In this document: positions 30,998 through 42,220 of the stretch, one piece after another
Layout of the letters: each line of letters starts with the position of its first letter
Numbering within the stretch: position 1 is the first letter of the stretch
DNA from: an uncultured Gemmataceae bacterium
Lineage (GTDB): Bacteria; Planctomycetota; Planctomycetia; Gemmatales; Gemmataceae
DNA length: 64,000 nucleotides
Assembly: GCA_963750165.1 (NCBI GenBank)
Contig: CAVVPN010000003.1
Span: 1,312,001 to 1,376,000, forward strand
Direction: 5' to 3'
Notes under the pieces: model-generated
Seen by the model: only the letters and a program-made list of their open reading frames with translations
Databases searched by the model: none
What the model was told of the DNA's origin: nothing
Program-made: the position numbers and the translations under genes

Positions 30998-33727
30998 CTA
31001 CGAACCAAAAGCCGGCGCCGCCGCGGCCCGACCATCCCGCCGCGCCCGCTCGCTCCGGCACACGTTGTCCTCGATCAGCCGCGCCAGCAGGGCGGTCCAG
31101 CCCGTCTGATGCGACGCCCCCAACCCGCGGCCGGTGTCGCCATCGAAATATTCGTGGAACAGCACCAGGTCGCGCCAGTGCGGGTCGTCTTCCAGTCCGG
31201 CCGGCGTCGCCTGGCTGGGCCGGCGGCCGTCCGCAGCCGGCAAGAACAGGTAGACCAACCGCGCCGACAGGTCGCGGGCCACCGCCCCCAACCGCAGCCG
31301 GCGGCCGGAGCCGGTCGGATACTCGACCTGCAAGGCGTCGCCGTAGAAGTGATCGTAGCGTTCCAGGGCCTCGATGAGCAGGTAGTTGATCGGGAACCAG
31401 ACCGGCCCGCGCCAGTTGCTGTTGCCGCCGAACATGCGGCTGTCCGACTCGCCCGGCACGTAAGCCACGCGCTGCTCGGTGCCGTCCAGCCGGAAGACGT
31501 AGGGGTGCTCGCGGTGGTAGCGCGACAGCGAGCGGATGCCGTGCGGCGAGAGGAATTCGTTCTCGTCCAGCATATGCCGCAAGACGCGCACCAGGCGTTC
31601 GCGGCTGGGCACGGCCAGCATGCGGTGCGAGTGCGACGGGCACCCCTCAACATCCATGTAGGTGACGTACTGGGCCAGGTCCTGGCGGTGCTCCAGCAGC
31701 CAGCGCGCCCGTTTGGCGAACCCTGGCAGCCGTTCGAGCACGTCCCGTTCCATCACCTCGGCGGCGATGAGCGGCATCAGACCGACCAGCGAGCGCACGC
31801 GCAGCGGCACCGGCGGCCGGCCGTCCAATCGCAGCTGGTCGTAATAGAAGCCGTCCTCCTCGTCCCACAGTCCGCTGCCGCCGAGCGTGTTCATCGCGTC
31901 GGTGATGGCGATGAAGTGCTCGAAGAATTTGGAGGCGATGTCCTCGTAAGCCGGGTTCTCGCGGGCCAGCTCGAAGGCCATGCCGAGCATGGTCGTGCAG
32001 AAGAAGGCCATCCAGGCGGTGCCGTCGGCCTGCTCCAACGCGGCACCGCCGGGCAGCGGCCGGCTGCGGTCGAAGACGCCGATATTGTCCAGCCCCAGGA
32101 AGCCGCCCGAGAACAGGTTCCGGCCGGACACGTCCTTGCGGTTGACCCACCAGGTAAAGTTGAGCAGCATTTTCTGGAACACGCGCTCCAGGAAGAGGCG
32201 GTCACGGCAGCCACGAGCCGAGCAAATCTTGTAGACGCGGAAGGCGGCCCAGGCGTACACGGGCGGGTTGGCGTCGCCGAAGTCGTACTCGTAGGCGGGC
32301 AGCTGACCGTTGGGGTGCATGTACCACTCGCGCGTCAGCAGCAGCAGTTGCTGCTTGGCGAAGTCCGGGTCGATGCGGGCGACGGCAACGAGGTGAAACG
32401 CCAGGTCCCAGGTGGCGTACCAGGGGTACTCCCACTTGTCCGGCATGGAAATCACGTCGCGATTAAACAGGTGCGGCCAGTCATGGTTGCGGCCCGCGCC
32501 GTGACCGGACTGGGGCGGTGGCTGGCCGGGATCGCCCTCCAGCCACGGCCGCACCGCGTAATGGTAGAACTGCCGCGACCAGATCAGCCCGGCGTAGGCC
32601 AGCCGTGCGAGGCGCCGCTGCTCCGGCTCGACTGCGGCGGGGATGCGGTGCGCGTAGAACTGATCGGCCTCGGCAAGGCGGCGTGCGAACACCGCGTCGA
32701 AATCCGCGAAGGGCGTGGTGGTCGCGTCGGCATCGCGACACAGCCGCAGCCGCACCACCGCCGCGGCGCCCGCCTCCAGGTCGAGCACGTACAGCGCCGC
32801 CACCTTGGTCCCGGTCAGTTGTGGGTTGACCGCGTCCGTTCGGCCGTGGATGACGTACTCGTGAAAGGCATCCTTGGTGTACGATCCGGCGTTGACGCTG
32901 CCGAAGAGGCGTGCCGCGTTCGTCTCGTTGTCGGTGAACAGCAGCGGCGGCGGCCGGCCATCGGGGTCAGGCCCGGCGACCAGGCGGAAGGGGTCGAGGG
33001 CGACGTGTGCGGTCGTGATGGTCGCGGGGCCGGCGGCGGTCAGGCGCGGCTTCGGCCAGCAGCCTTCGTGCGTGCATTGCCATGACCAGGTGTTGCGAAA
33101 CCACAGTGTCGGCAGCAGGTGCAGCCGGGCGGGGCCGGGGCCGCGGTTGGCCACGGTCACGCGGATGAGGATGTCATCGGGGCTGGCCTTGGCGTACTCC
33201 GCGAACACGTCGAAGTAGCGCGAATCGCGGAAGACGCCGGTGTCGGCCAGTTCGTACTCGCGCTCATCGCGGCCGCGCCAGCCATTCTCCGCGACCAGTT
33301 GCTGATAAGGGAAGGCGGCGTGCGGGTACTTGTAGAGGCCCTTGCAGTACGAAGCGGTCGGCGTGGCATCGAGATAAAAATATTCCTCTTTCACGTCCTC
33401 GCCGTGGTTGCCCTGCGGGTTGGTCAGGCCGAAGAGGCGTTCTTTCAGGATGGGATCCTGGCCGTTCCACAGGGCCAGGGCGAAGCACAACCGACATTCG
33501 CGGTCGCAAAAGCCGAGGAGGCCGTCCTCGCCCCAGCGGTAAGCGCGGCTGCGGGCCTGGTCGTGCGGGAAGTAATCCCAGGCGTCACCGTCGGCGGAGT
33601 AGTCCTCGCGGACGGTGCCCCACTGCCGCTCGGACAGGTACGGCCCCCAGCGCTTCCAGTTTTTCTGGCGGCGCATGTCTTCCAGGAGGCGCTGCGTTTC
33701 GGGGTCGGGTGGCAGGTCAGGGGGCAT
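30998..33727 (-). CDS. MGH1-like / GH63-type glucosidase
   Basis: WGPYLSERQWGTVREDYS, MPDKWEYPW and GASHQTGWT motifs. Confidence 0.92.
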   Translation of the reverse strand: MPPDLPPDPETQRLLEDMRRQKNWKRWGPYLSERQWGTVREDYSADGDAWDYFPHDQARSRAYRWGEDGLLGFCDRECRLCFALALWNGQDPILKERLFGLTNPQGNHGEDVKEEYFYLDATPTASYCKGLYKYPHAAFPYQQLVAENGWRGRDEREYELADTGVFRDSRYFDVFAEYAKASPDDILIRVTVANRGPGPARLHLLPTLWFRNTWSWQCTHEGCWPKPRLTAAGPATITTAHVALDPFRLVAGPDPDGRPPPLLFTDNETNAARLFGSVNAGSYTKDAFHEYVIHGRTDAVNPQLTGTKVAALYVLDLEAGAAAVVRLRLCRDADATTTPFADFDAVFARRLAEADQFYAHRIPAAVEPEQRRLARLAYAGLIWSRQFYHYAVRPWLEGDPGQPPPQSGHGAGRNHDWPHLFNRDVISMPDKWEYPWYATWDLAFHLVAVARIDPDFAKQQLLLLTREWYMHPNGQLPAYEYDFGDANPPVYAWAAFRVYKICSARGCRDRLFLERVFQKMLLNFTWWVNRKDVSGRNLFSGGFLGLDNIGVFDRSRPLPGGAALEQADGTAWMAFFCTTMLGMAFELARENPAYEDIASKFFEHFIAITDAMNTLGGSGLWDEEDGFYYDQLRLDGRPPVPLRVRSLVGLMPLIAAEVMERDVLERLPGFAKRARWLLEHRQDLAQYVTYMDVEGCPSHSHRMLAVPSRERLVRVLRHMLDENEFLSPHGIRSLSRYHREHPYVFRLDGTEQRVAYVPGESDSRMFGGNSNWRGPVWFPINYLLIEALERYDHFYGDALQVEYPTGSGRRLRLGAVARDLSARLVYLFLPAADGRRPSQATPAGLEDDPHWRDLVLFHEYFDGDTGRGLGASHQTGWTALLARLIEDNVCRSERARRDGRAAAAPAFGS

Positions 33728-33770
33728 GGCCCGGAGACTCCTTGCGCATATTCCACTGCCGTGACGCCGC

Positions 33771-33828
33771 CCCAGGGATGCCGAATCTCGACATGTGAAA
33801 AAGTTGGCTCCCTTGGCTCCCTTGCTGC
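33771..33828. repeat. Solo copy of the TCTCGAC..TGAAAAAGTTGG plus 9-mer module
   Basis: ccagggatgccgaatctcgacatgtgaaaaagttggctcccttggctcccttgctgc. Confidence 0.8.
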
Positions 33829-33874
33829 GTAAACGGGGGACACGTCGCGCCGCCGCGTGCCACCGCTGCCAGCA

Positions 33875-34864
33875 TCAGTGCGGCGCCACGGCCAGCCACG
33901 ACGCGACGCGGGCGGCGCCCAGCAGGGCGGTGTTCTCGTTCAGCACGACGCGCACCGGGATCGCCTGCAGCAGGTGCAGCATCCGTCCCTTGTCCAGGAA
34001 CGCTTCCAGGAAAAGCGGTTCGCGGAACTTCGCCAAATTCTTCGGGACGATGCCGCCGCCCAGGAAAACGCCGCCGGTCGCCAGCAGTTTCAACGCCAGG
34101 TTGCCCGCCTCGGCGCCGTAGATGCTGACGAACAGGTTCAGCGCCTGCACGCACAGTTCGCTCTGGCCCGCCAGCCCCGCTTTGGAAATCGCCGCCGCGG
34201 GGTCCGTGACGCCGAACTGCTGACACAACGCGGGCAGTTCGTCCGCTCGGCCGCCGCGCTGCCGCAAAAATTCATAGACGTTGTGCAGCCCCGGCCCGGA
34301 GAGGACGCGCTCGAAGCTGACGCGGCCGAACTGCGCGGTCAGGTGGACCAGCAGTTCCGACTCCAGGGCGTTGCGCGGCGCGAAGTCGCAGTGGCCGCCC
34401 TCGGAGGCGAACGGCCGGTGTTTGGTGCCGTCCCAGTACAGCCCCGCCTCGCCCAGGCCGGTACCGGCCGAGATCAGCGCCGCGTTGCCGGACACGGCCG
34501 GGCCGCCGGGGTTCAGGACGGCGAAGTCGTCCGGCCCCAGCGCGGCCAGGCCGTGGGCGTTGGCCTCCAGGTCATTGATCAGCAGCACCGACCGCGCGCG
34601 CAGTTCGTCCTGGAGGTGGTCGGCGTCCACGATCCAGGGCAGGTTGGGCGTCTCCACGCGGCCCTGCCGCACCGGCCCGGCGATGCCCAGACAGATGCGC
34701 TCCGGCTGGCGCTGCCCGTCCAGGAACGCGCGCAGGATCGGCGCCATCCCCGGGTAGTCACGACTTTTGTAGACGCCCTGGACGATTGCGCGGACGCGGT
34801 CGCCGTCGCGCTCGAAGAGCCCGAGGCGTGTGTGTGTGCCACCGATGTCGCCGGCCAGGAACAT
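33875..34864 (-). CDS. glk: Glucokinase
   Basis: LAGDIGGT, INDLEA, GTGLG, SEGGH and GGVFLGGGI motifs. Confidence 0.95.
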   Translation of the reverse strand: MFLAGDIGGTHTRLGLFERDGDRVRAIVQGVYKSRDYPGMAPILRAFLDGQRQPERICLGIAGPVRQGRVETPNLPWIVDADHLQDELRARSVLLINDLEANAHGLAALGPDDFAVLNPGGPAVSGNAALISAGTGLGEAGLYWDGTKHRPFASEGGHCDFAPRNALESELLVHLTAQFGRVSFERVLSGPGLHNVYEFLRQRGGRADELPALCQQFGVTDPAAAISKAGLAGQSELCVQALNLFVSIYGAEAGNLALKLLATGGVFLGGGIVPKNLAKFREPLFLEAFLDKGRMLHLLQAIPVRVVLNENTALLGAARVASWLAVAPH

Positions 34865-34879
34865 GCGGGGAACCTCCGG

Positions 34880-35314
34880 TTACGACGCGGGCAGCAGCGT
34901 GGCCTTGAGTTCAATGCGCGGCCCGGCCAGCGCCTTGGACACGGGGCAATTCTTCTTCGCCGTTTCGGCCTGTTGCTGGAACATGGCAGCATCAATGCCG
35001 GGCACTTCCGCTTCCGTTTCCAGGTCGATCCGGCTGATCTCGAAGCCGCCCGGGATGGCGTCGAGGCGGACCTTCGCGGTGGTGTGGATGCGGCGCGGCG
35101 GGTGGCCGGCCGCCGACAGCTGGGCGGACAGGGCCATGCTGAAACAGCCGGCGTGGGCGGCGGCGATCAACTCCTCGGGGTTGGTGCCGGTGCCGTTCTC
35201 AAACCGCGACTTGAACGTGTACGGCCCCGTGTAGGCGCCGCTGCCGAACTTGATGGTGCCGTCGCCGTTTTTCAAATCGCCACGCCACTCGGCCTCGGAA
35301 CTGCGCACGACCAT
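34880..35314 (-). CDS. osmC: OsmC family peroxiredoxin
   Basis: GTNPEELIAAAHAGCFSMALS and NCPVSKAL motifs. Confidence 0.95.
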   Translation of the reverse strand: MVVRSSEAEWRGDLKNGDGTIKFGSGAYTGPYTFKSRFENGTGTNPEELIAAAHAGCFSMALSAQLSAAGHPPRRIHTTAKVRLDAIPGGFEISRIDLETEAEVPGIDAAMFQQQAETAKKNCPVSKALAGPRIELKATLLPAS

Positions 35315-35387
35315 GAATCACCTCCCAAGTTAGTAGCCGAAGTCGTGAGACTTCGGACGGAACTGAACTCTCACGCGATGCAACCCC

Positions 35388-35555
35388 CTGTTGTGGCCCG
35401 GTCTCCCGACCGAGCCACGGCTGCGACCGAAGGTCTCCTCTTCAAGCGCCCGGCACGCGGGGAGACCTTCGGTCCGGCCCGGTGGCGTGGTCGGGAGACC
35501 ACGCCACAACAGGGGTCCGGCCCGGTGGCGTGGTCCGGAGACCACGCCACAACAG
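35388..35555. repeat. Three-hairpin GGTCTC/GAGACC repeat element, copy 2, preceded by a GTAG-type REP fragment (35333-35375)
   Basis: Collinear with 30843-30975; the 3' hairpin is tandemly duplicated. Confidence 0.85.
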
Positions 35556-35588
35556 AAAACCCACCTCTTTACTGGGCGAGGGTGCGGG

Positions 35589-37712
35589 TCACTTCGCCTT
35601 CGCCAGCTGGGCCTTCGCCGCGGCGACGACGTGCTCGACCGTGAAGCCAAACTTCTTCAGCAACTCCTTCAGCGGGGCCGACGCCCCGAAGGTCTTCATG
35701 CCAAGGATGACGCCCGTGGTGCCGACGTACTGGTTCCAGCCGAACGTGGACGCCTGCTCGACCGCCACGCGCACCGTGACGCCGGCCGGCAGCACGCTAT
35801 CGCGGTACTCCGCCGGCTGATGCTCGAACACGTCCCACGACGGCATGCTCACCACGCGGGCCTTGACGCCCTCCTTCTTCAGCTGCTCGTACGCGCCGAC
35901 GCACAGTTGCACCTCGCTGCCGGTCGCCAGCAGCAGCACGTCCGGCTTGCCGTCCGGCGCGTCAGCCATCACATATGCGCCCTTGTGCAGCCCCGCGGCG
36001 GAGGCGTACCTGTCGCGGTCCAGGATCGGCAGATCCTGGCGCGTCAGCACCAGCACGGCCGGCTCGTGCCGCAATGGCATGATGTACTTCCACGCCTCGA
36101 CGACCTCGTTCGCGTCCGCCGGCCGCACCACGGTCAGGCCCGGGATGGCCCGCAGCGACGCCAGCTGCTCGATCGGCTGGTGCGTCGGCCCGTCCTCGCC
36201 GACGCCGATCGAGTCGTGCGTGAACACGTAAATCACCGGGATTTCCATGATCGCCGCCAGGCGAATGGGCATCCGGCCGTAGTCGCTGAAGATCAGGAAG
36301 CCCGAGCCGAAGGGCCGCAGCTTGCTCACGGACAGGCCGTTCATCACCGCGCCCATCGCGTGTTCGCGGATGCCGAAGTGGAAGTTCCGACCGCCGTAGT
36401 TGTCCGGCTCGAAGTCGCCAGCCCCCTCGAACTTCAGCGTCGTCTTGGTCGAGGCCGCCAGGTCGGCGGCGCCGCCGAGCAGCCACGGCACGTTCTTCGC
36501 GACGGCGTTCAGCATCTTGGCCGACGCCTCGCGCGTGGAGATGGCCGCGGCCTTTTTCTTGCCGGGGTTCTTGGGGTCGTCCACATCGGCCCAGGAAAAG
36601 CTGGGCAGACCGCGGTCCCAGCCGTCGGGCAGCCGTCGCTTCTGCATGCGCTCCAGGGCGTCAGCCAGGTCGGGGTGCTGCTTCTTGTACTCGGCCAGCT
36701 TCGCCCACCAGGCGGCGCACAGCGCCTTGCCGCGGGCGCCGATGCCGGCGCGAAAGGTGTCATACACACCGGCGGGCACGTCGAAGTGCTTGTCGGGGTC
36801 CAGGCCGAAGAACTGCTTGGCGCCGCGGATGGCGTCCTCGCCGAGCGGCTCGCCGTGCGCCTTGGGCGAGTCCTGCTTGCCCGGCACGCCGTAGGCGATG
36901 TGGCTGTCCACGACCACGAACGTCGGCCGGCCCTTCGTCGCGTGGAAGTCCGCCAGCACCTTGCGGATCATGCCCACGTTGTTGGCGTCGGTCACGTGCA
37001 GGACGTTCCAGCCATACGCCTTGAAGCGCTCCCCCACGTTTTCGGTGAACGTGATGGAGGTCTTGCCGTCGATGGTGATGTGGTTGTTGTCGTACAGCCA
37101 GCACAGGTTGTCGAGCTGGAGGTGGCCGGCCAGCGACGCCGCCTCGCCGGAGATGCCCTCCATCATGTCGCCGTCGCCGCAGATGGCGTAGACGTTGTAG
37201 TCGAACAGCTCGAAACCGGGGCGGTTGTAGTGGACGGTCAGCCACTTCGCGGCGATGGCCATGCCGACGCTGTTGGCGACGCCCTGGCCGAGCGGGCCGG
37301 TGGTCGTCTCGACGCCGCTGGTCAGGCGGTACTCGGGATGGCCGGGCGTCTTGCTGTCGATCTGGCGGAAGTGCTCGATGTCCTTGAGCGTCACCGACGG
37401 GTTGCCGGGGATCTCGTAATCCTTGTCGACGGCCTTGACGCCGGCCAGGTGCAGCAGCGAATACAGCAGCATGGAAGCGTGGCCGTTGGACAGGACGAAG
37501 CGATCGCGGTTCGGCCAGATGGGGTCGGCGGGGTCGAAGCGGAGCACGTCCTGCCAGAGAGTGTAGGCCAGCGGGGCCAGGGCGACGGGCGTGCCGGGGT
37601 GGCCGGAGTTGGCTTTCTGCACCGCGTCCATGGCCAGGCCGCGGATGGTGTTGATGGCCAGCAAATCGGCGGCGGCGCTCCTGGCGGGGGCCGCGGGGGT
37701 CGCTACAGACAT
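35589..37712 (-). CDS. tkt: Transketolase
   Basis: ANSGHPG, GDGDMMEG, FGIREHAM and THDSIGVGEDGPTHQP motifs. Confidence 0.97.
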   Translation of the reverse strand: MSVATPAAPARSAAADLLAINTIRGLAMDAVQKANSGHPGTPVALAPLAYTLWQDVLRFDPADPIWPNRDRFVLSNGHASMLLYSLLHLAGVKAVDKDYEIPGNPSVTLKDIEHFRQIDSKTPGHPEYRLTSGVETTTGPLGQGVANSVGMAIAAKWLTVHYNRPGFELFDYNVYAICGDGDMMEGISGEAASLAGHLQLDNLCWLYDNNHITIDGKTSITFTENVGERFKAYGWNVLHVTDANNVGMIRKVLADFHATKGRPTFVVVDSHIAYGVPGKQDSPKAHGEPLGEDAIRGAKQFFGLDPDKHFDVPAGVYDTFRAGIGARGKALCAAWWAKLAEYKKQHPDLADALERMQKRRLPDGWDRGLPSFSWADVDDPKNPGKKKAAAISTREASAKMLNAVAKNVPWLLGGAADLAASTKTTLKFEGAGDFEPDNYGGRNFHFGIREHAMGAVMNGLSVSKLRPFGSGFLIFSDYGRMPIRLAAIMEIPVIYVFTHDSIGVGEDGPTHQPIEQLASLRAIPGLTVVRPADANEVVEAWKYIMPLRHEPAVLVLTRQDLPILDRDRYASAAGLHKGAYVMADAPDGKPDVLLLATGSEVQLCVGAYEQLKKEGVKARVVSMPSWDVFEHQPAEYRDSVLPAGVTVRVAVEQASTFGWNQYVGTTGVILGMKTFGASAPLKELLKKFGFTVEHVVAAAKAQLAKAK

Positions 37713-37786
37713 GAGATTCTCCTTGCACAGGGGGAACGAGGCACGCCATCGTCATTGTGCGCGGCGCCGCCGCGGTGGCCAGAGGC

Positions 37787-38335
<549 letters not shown>

Positions 38336-38417
38336 TATTAAGCCTCTTTTCCCCGGGCGATGCACGATTCGCGAATAATGAACCAGAGGCACCTTCCCGG
38401 ACCCCTTGGAGAAACCC

Positions 38418-38850
38418 ATGTCACGAAAAGCCACTGGCTGGTTCCGCGAGCAAGACGGCTTCTACAACACCACCTTCTGCGGCAAGCAAGTCAAACTGTC
38501 CCAGGACAAGGACGAGGACGAACGGGCATTCCACGCCCTGCACGCCAGCGTCTCCGAAGAGCCCGAGGCTGGCGGCTACCGGCCGACCTTCCGCAAGCTG
38601 GCTGACCTCTATCTGGATTTTACCCAGCAGGCCAAGAGCGAGCAGACTTACGCCCACCAGAGGTATTTTTTGCAGCTGTTCTGCGACCACCTCTGCAGCT
38701 AACGAGCCGCCGAGGTGAAAGCGGGGGATGTGACCGCGTGGGTGCTCAAGTTCAAGGGCCGGTGGGGGCACAACACGTAGGTGATATCCCGTGGCCTCGT
38801 CGCGGCGTGCCTGAATTGGGCCGTCGAGCAGGGCTTCCTGCCCTACTGCC
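38418..38850 (+). pseudogene. Remnant of a tyrosine recombinase/integrase N-terminal region
   Basis: MSRKATGWFREQDG...GKQVKL...ERAFHAL...LADLYLD...DVTAWV...LNWAVEQG, with in-frame stops at 38700-38702 and 38778-38780; no catalytic domain. Confidence 0.65.
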
Positions 38851-38954
38851 GCCCCGATTCCGAATCCGCCCAGCCCTTCGGCGGAGGTTCGGCTGGGCTT
38901 GGCTGTCGCGAACACCCGGTGGCGTTTTTCCCAGCCCTCGGCCAAAATCAACGG

Positions 38955-41761
38955 TCAGTTCGTGCTCTTGGTAATGAACTCCACCACCGGCTGGAGGTGT
39001 TTTGGCGCGAGCGGGTAATGCCCCGCGCCTTCCTGGACGATGACCGTGATCCGGCCATCGAGTTCCCGGTAGCGCTTCTCGGCGACTCCCGTCTGCCCCT
39101 GGAGCCAGGGGTCGCGGCTGCCGCAAACGTGTAGCAGCGGCACCCCGGCCTTGGCCAGCACCGCCAGCTGATCGAGGGGCTGTTTTTTCGACATGTGACT
39201 GCGCAGGATGGGGTTCTCGCCGTAGACGCAACTCACCTTGTCCGGGTTCGCGACCGCCCAGGCGTACGCCTCCCCGGCAGCCCCCCCGCGCCTGCCAGGA
39301 CCGGCTTTCGGGAAAAGCCGTGGTTGGTGAAATACTTGTACACGGCGTTCCACTGTTGCAACACTGGGCCGTTGGTGTCCGTGGGCACGGGGCCAGTGAC
39401 GACGTGAAACCCTTTGGCCAACAGCGCCAGATCCACCACTGCGTCCCGGCCGACGAAGTCCGCCCGGAACACCCAGGGCTTCCCCAGGGCCGCCGCCCGC
39501 GGCGCGATCACGGTGACGGCCCCCTTGATGCCGTTGAGCCGAAATTCGTAGCGGTCGAAAGACGCCGTGAACGACGGCCCGCGACAGGTGATGTACGTCC
39601 CTTCCTTCGGGAAGTCGCGGTACAGGCTCTCGACGCCGTAGAAGGCGGACTTCGTGTGCAACTTGCCGGCGAAGGTGGGCGGGGCGCCGCCGGCCGGCTG
39701 AAGGCTCCGCACAATGAAGTCCGCAATCGGCGCCGGGTCGCGCAGGCTGTGCGGGTGATGACCGGCGCCTTCCTTAATCATCATGGAGATGCGGCCGCCC
39801 AGCTGCTGATAAATGTTCTCGACCACCAGCGTGTGCTTTCCCAGGAGGGGGTCGAGGCTGCCGCAGACGTGCAGCAAGGGGATGTCGTGCCGCGCCAGCG
39901 CCCCGAGTTTCGCCAGGCTGTCCGGGCTGATCGCGGGGTTGTCGGCGTAGATGCAAGCGACCTTGTCGGGGTGGGTCGTGGCCCAGGTGAAGGCGTTACG
40001 CCCGCCCCGGCTCATGCCGACGAACGCCGGCCGGGGAGACAGCCCGTGCTTCTCCGTCAGGAACGTGTACCACGCCTCCCACTGCTTGCCGGCGTCGGCC
40101 TGGATGTAGCCGACGTGGAAGCCGCGCCGGAGCAACTCCACCTCAACCTGGGGCTCGTGGTCGAAGTAATAGCCGCGCCAGGACCACGGCTTGCCAGGCG
40201 CCGCCTTCTTCGGGACGACCACCACGCACCGTAACTGACCCTTGACCTGCTGTTTGATCCCGTTTTTCTCATCCGCCGTCGCCTTGAACGGCTTGATGGC
40301 CAGGCTCTCCTTGTCCATCAGGAAGTCGTAACGGTCGAACCCGTGCCAGGCCGTCTTCTCGCCCGTGAAGGCCGCGGGGGCTTCCGCCTTGCGCTGGGCC
40401 GCGGCGGCGTCGCCGGATTGCCTGGGGCCTGCGGGTTTTTCCCGAACCGGCAACTCGTCCCGGGCCGCCACCTCGCCGCGCAGGAGCTTGCCCGCCATGC
40501 CCGTCAGCCACAGGTAATGGTCACTGGGCAAGCCTTGCAGGGTGAGGAACTTGCTCGCCCCCACCGGTGGGTCATTCGTGCATTTGAAGATCGCCGTGCC
40601 CTCGTCCATTTCGTCGAACATGGCCACGTAGAGCATCGCCGCCCCGGCTTTTTTCGCCTCGGCGAACTGCTTCCACAGGAACCGGCCCTGCTGCCGCGGG
40701 ATCTCATCCAGCGCCGACTTCGGGCGCAGGTTGTGCCAGCTGAAACCGGGAAAGACGACCGGCAGGTACTCCTTGCCCCGGTCCTGGCACCATTTGCCAT
40801 CAGGGGCCCAGCGCTGCCGGGCGTGGTCCGCAACGTTTTGGAGCGACCGATAGCGGCCCACCGTCCACGGACTGACGACATCCGCCCTGGCGATGATCCG
40901 GTGCAGGGCCGGGTCCTTGACGCTGTCCCGGTCCAGGGTGCGCCAGCCGGTCGGCACGCCCAGCAAGACGGTGCAGCCCCCGTATTCCTTGTCGTTCTTG
41001 AGAAAATCCACAAGCTTCTCACATTCGTCCAGGCTGTACTTCCGGCCGTCGTTGAAGCCGACGCCCCAGACCGCCACGACCGGCCTGCCCTGGTGGCGCA
41101 GATAGGCGGCGTCCTTCGCGTCCTTGCCGATTTTCATGCGGCCCACCAACAGCTTCCAGTCCTCAATGACGCGCCGGGTGCCACCGGCGGACAGGCCCGA
41201 CAGGTCGTACATGACGGCGTAACAGCGCCCGGAGCGGTTGGCCCCTTCGCGGCAGTGCGCCAGGACGGTGTTGCAGTGCCGCAGGTCTTTCGGCTGGACC
41301 GTCTCGACGGCGAAGCGCTGCACGAACACGCCGTCAATGCCGTACTGCTCCATCCAGCGGAAGTGCCGCAGCACGGTTTTGGGGTGATGGGAGCTGAACA
41401 CCTCGGCCACCCGGCCGTTCTGGTGCCGGAAGGGCGTCGCGATTTTTTCGTCTGCTTCCAGTTCGCTCACGTCGGGCCACAGGTCGATGCTGCACGAGCC
41501 GGGTTTGAACTGACCCCGACTCGGGTAGTGGCGCCAGCCGCGGCCGGACCCGTCGCCGGGAGCCGTGAACCAACCCTGGTAGCCGCACAGAACCTTCCCG
41601 GTCAGGGTGGAAGCATCCACGCCCTTGGCCGACGGCCCGTCGTAGGGGCGCATGGCGGCGATCACTGCATCCCGGGTCGGCGTTGGCTGCTCGGCCTCAG
41701 CCGGCGCCCAGCAGCCGAGGGGGAGGGCCAGGAAGACCAGAACTCGAACCAGCGGGTTCAT
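38955..41761 (-). CDS. Secreted GH71/GH99-like glycoside hydrolase plus two alpha/beta-hydrolase domains; frameshift in the C run at 39281-39287
   Basis: GYQGWF, GIDGVFVQRF and AMFDEMDEGTAIFK; GMSRGG esterase motif; duplicated C-terminal domain. Confidence 0.8.
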
Positions 41762-41951
41762 CGGGACCACCTCCGCGCACCAGAAGAGAGCGCAACCAAG
41801 TGACTTGGTTTTTATGTTACAGAAACCGTCCACAGCCCCCAACCAAGGGACGGCGAGAGACGCGCAAGGCAGCGGTTGGTAGAATTTGCTGAGGGCTGCA
41901 GGTGGCCCACCAAAGTTGGCAATCCGATGTCGCCGCCCAGGAAGGACCCGC

Positions 41952-42220
41952 ATGGCACGGAAACCCAAGGAGGCCCGTCGGGAGACGCTCTCCGTCAGCG
42001 TCGATGCTTGCCGAGTCCGTATGCAGACCGGGGAAGCCGTTGTGTTTCTCGACGTTCGCAAGGACGAGGACCGGGCTGCCAGCCCTAGCCAGATAGCCGG
42101 TTCTCTCCGCCTCGCCGCTGCCGACGGGGCCGCTCAGCCGCCCTGCCCGAAGCACAACTACATCGTCGTCTACTGTGCCTGACTGCGTCAAGCCTCCAGC
42201 ACCCGTGTGGTGCTGCGGTT
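41952..42220 (+). CDS. Rhodanese-like protein with in-frame TGA (candidate CxU selenoprotein), 3' truncated
   Basis: VVFLDVR...IAGSLR...IVVYCA-TGA-LRQASSTRVVLRL; family-like sequence continues past the TGA. Confidence 0.65.
42197..42215 (+). promoter_or_regulatory. Candidate bacterial SECIS hairpin
   Basis: CAGCACC-CGTGT-GGTGCTG, starting 14 nt after TGA 42180-42182; G then U in the loop. Confidence 0.55.
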
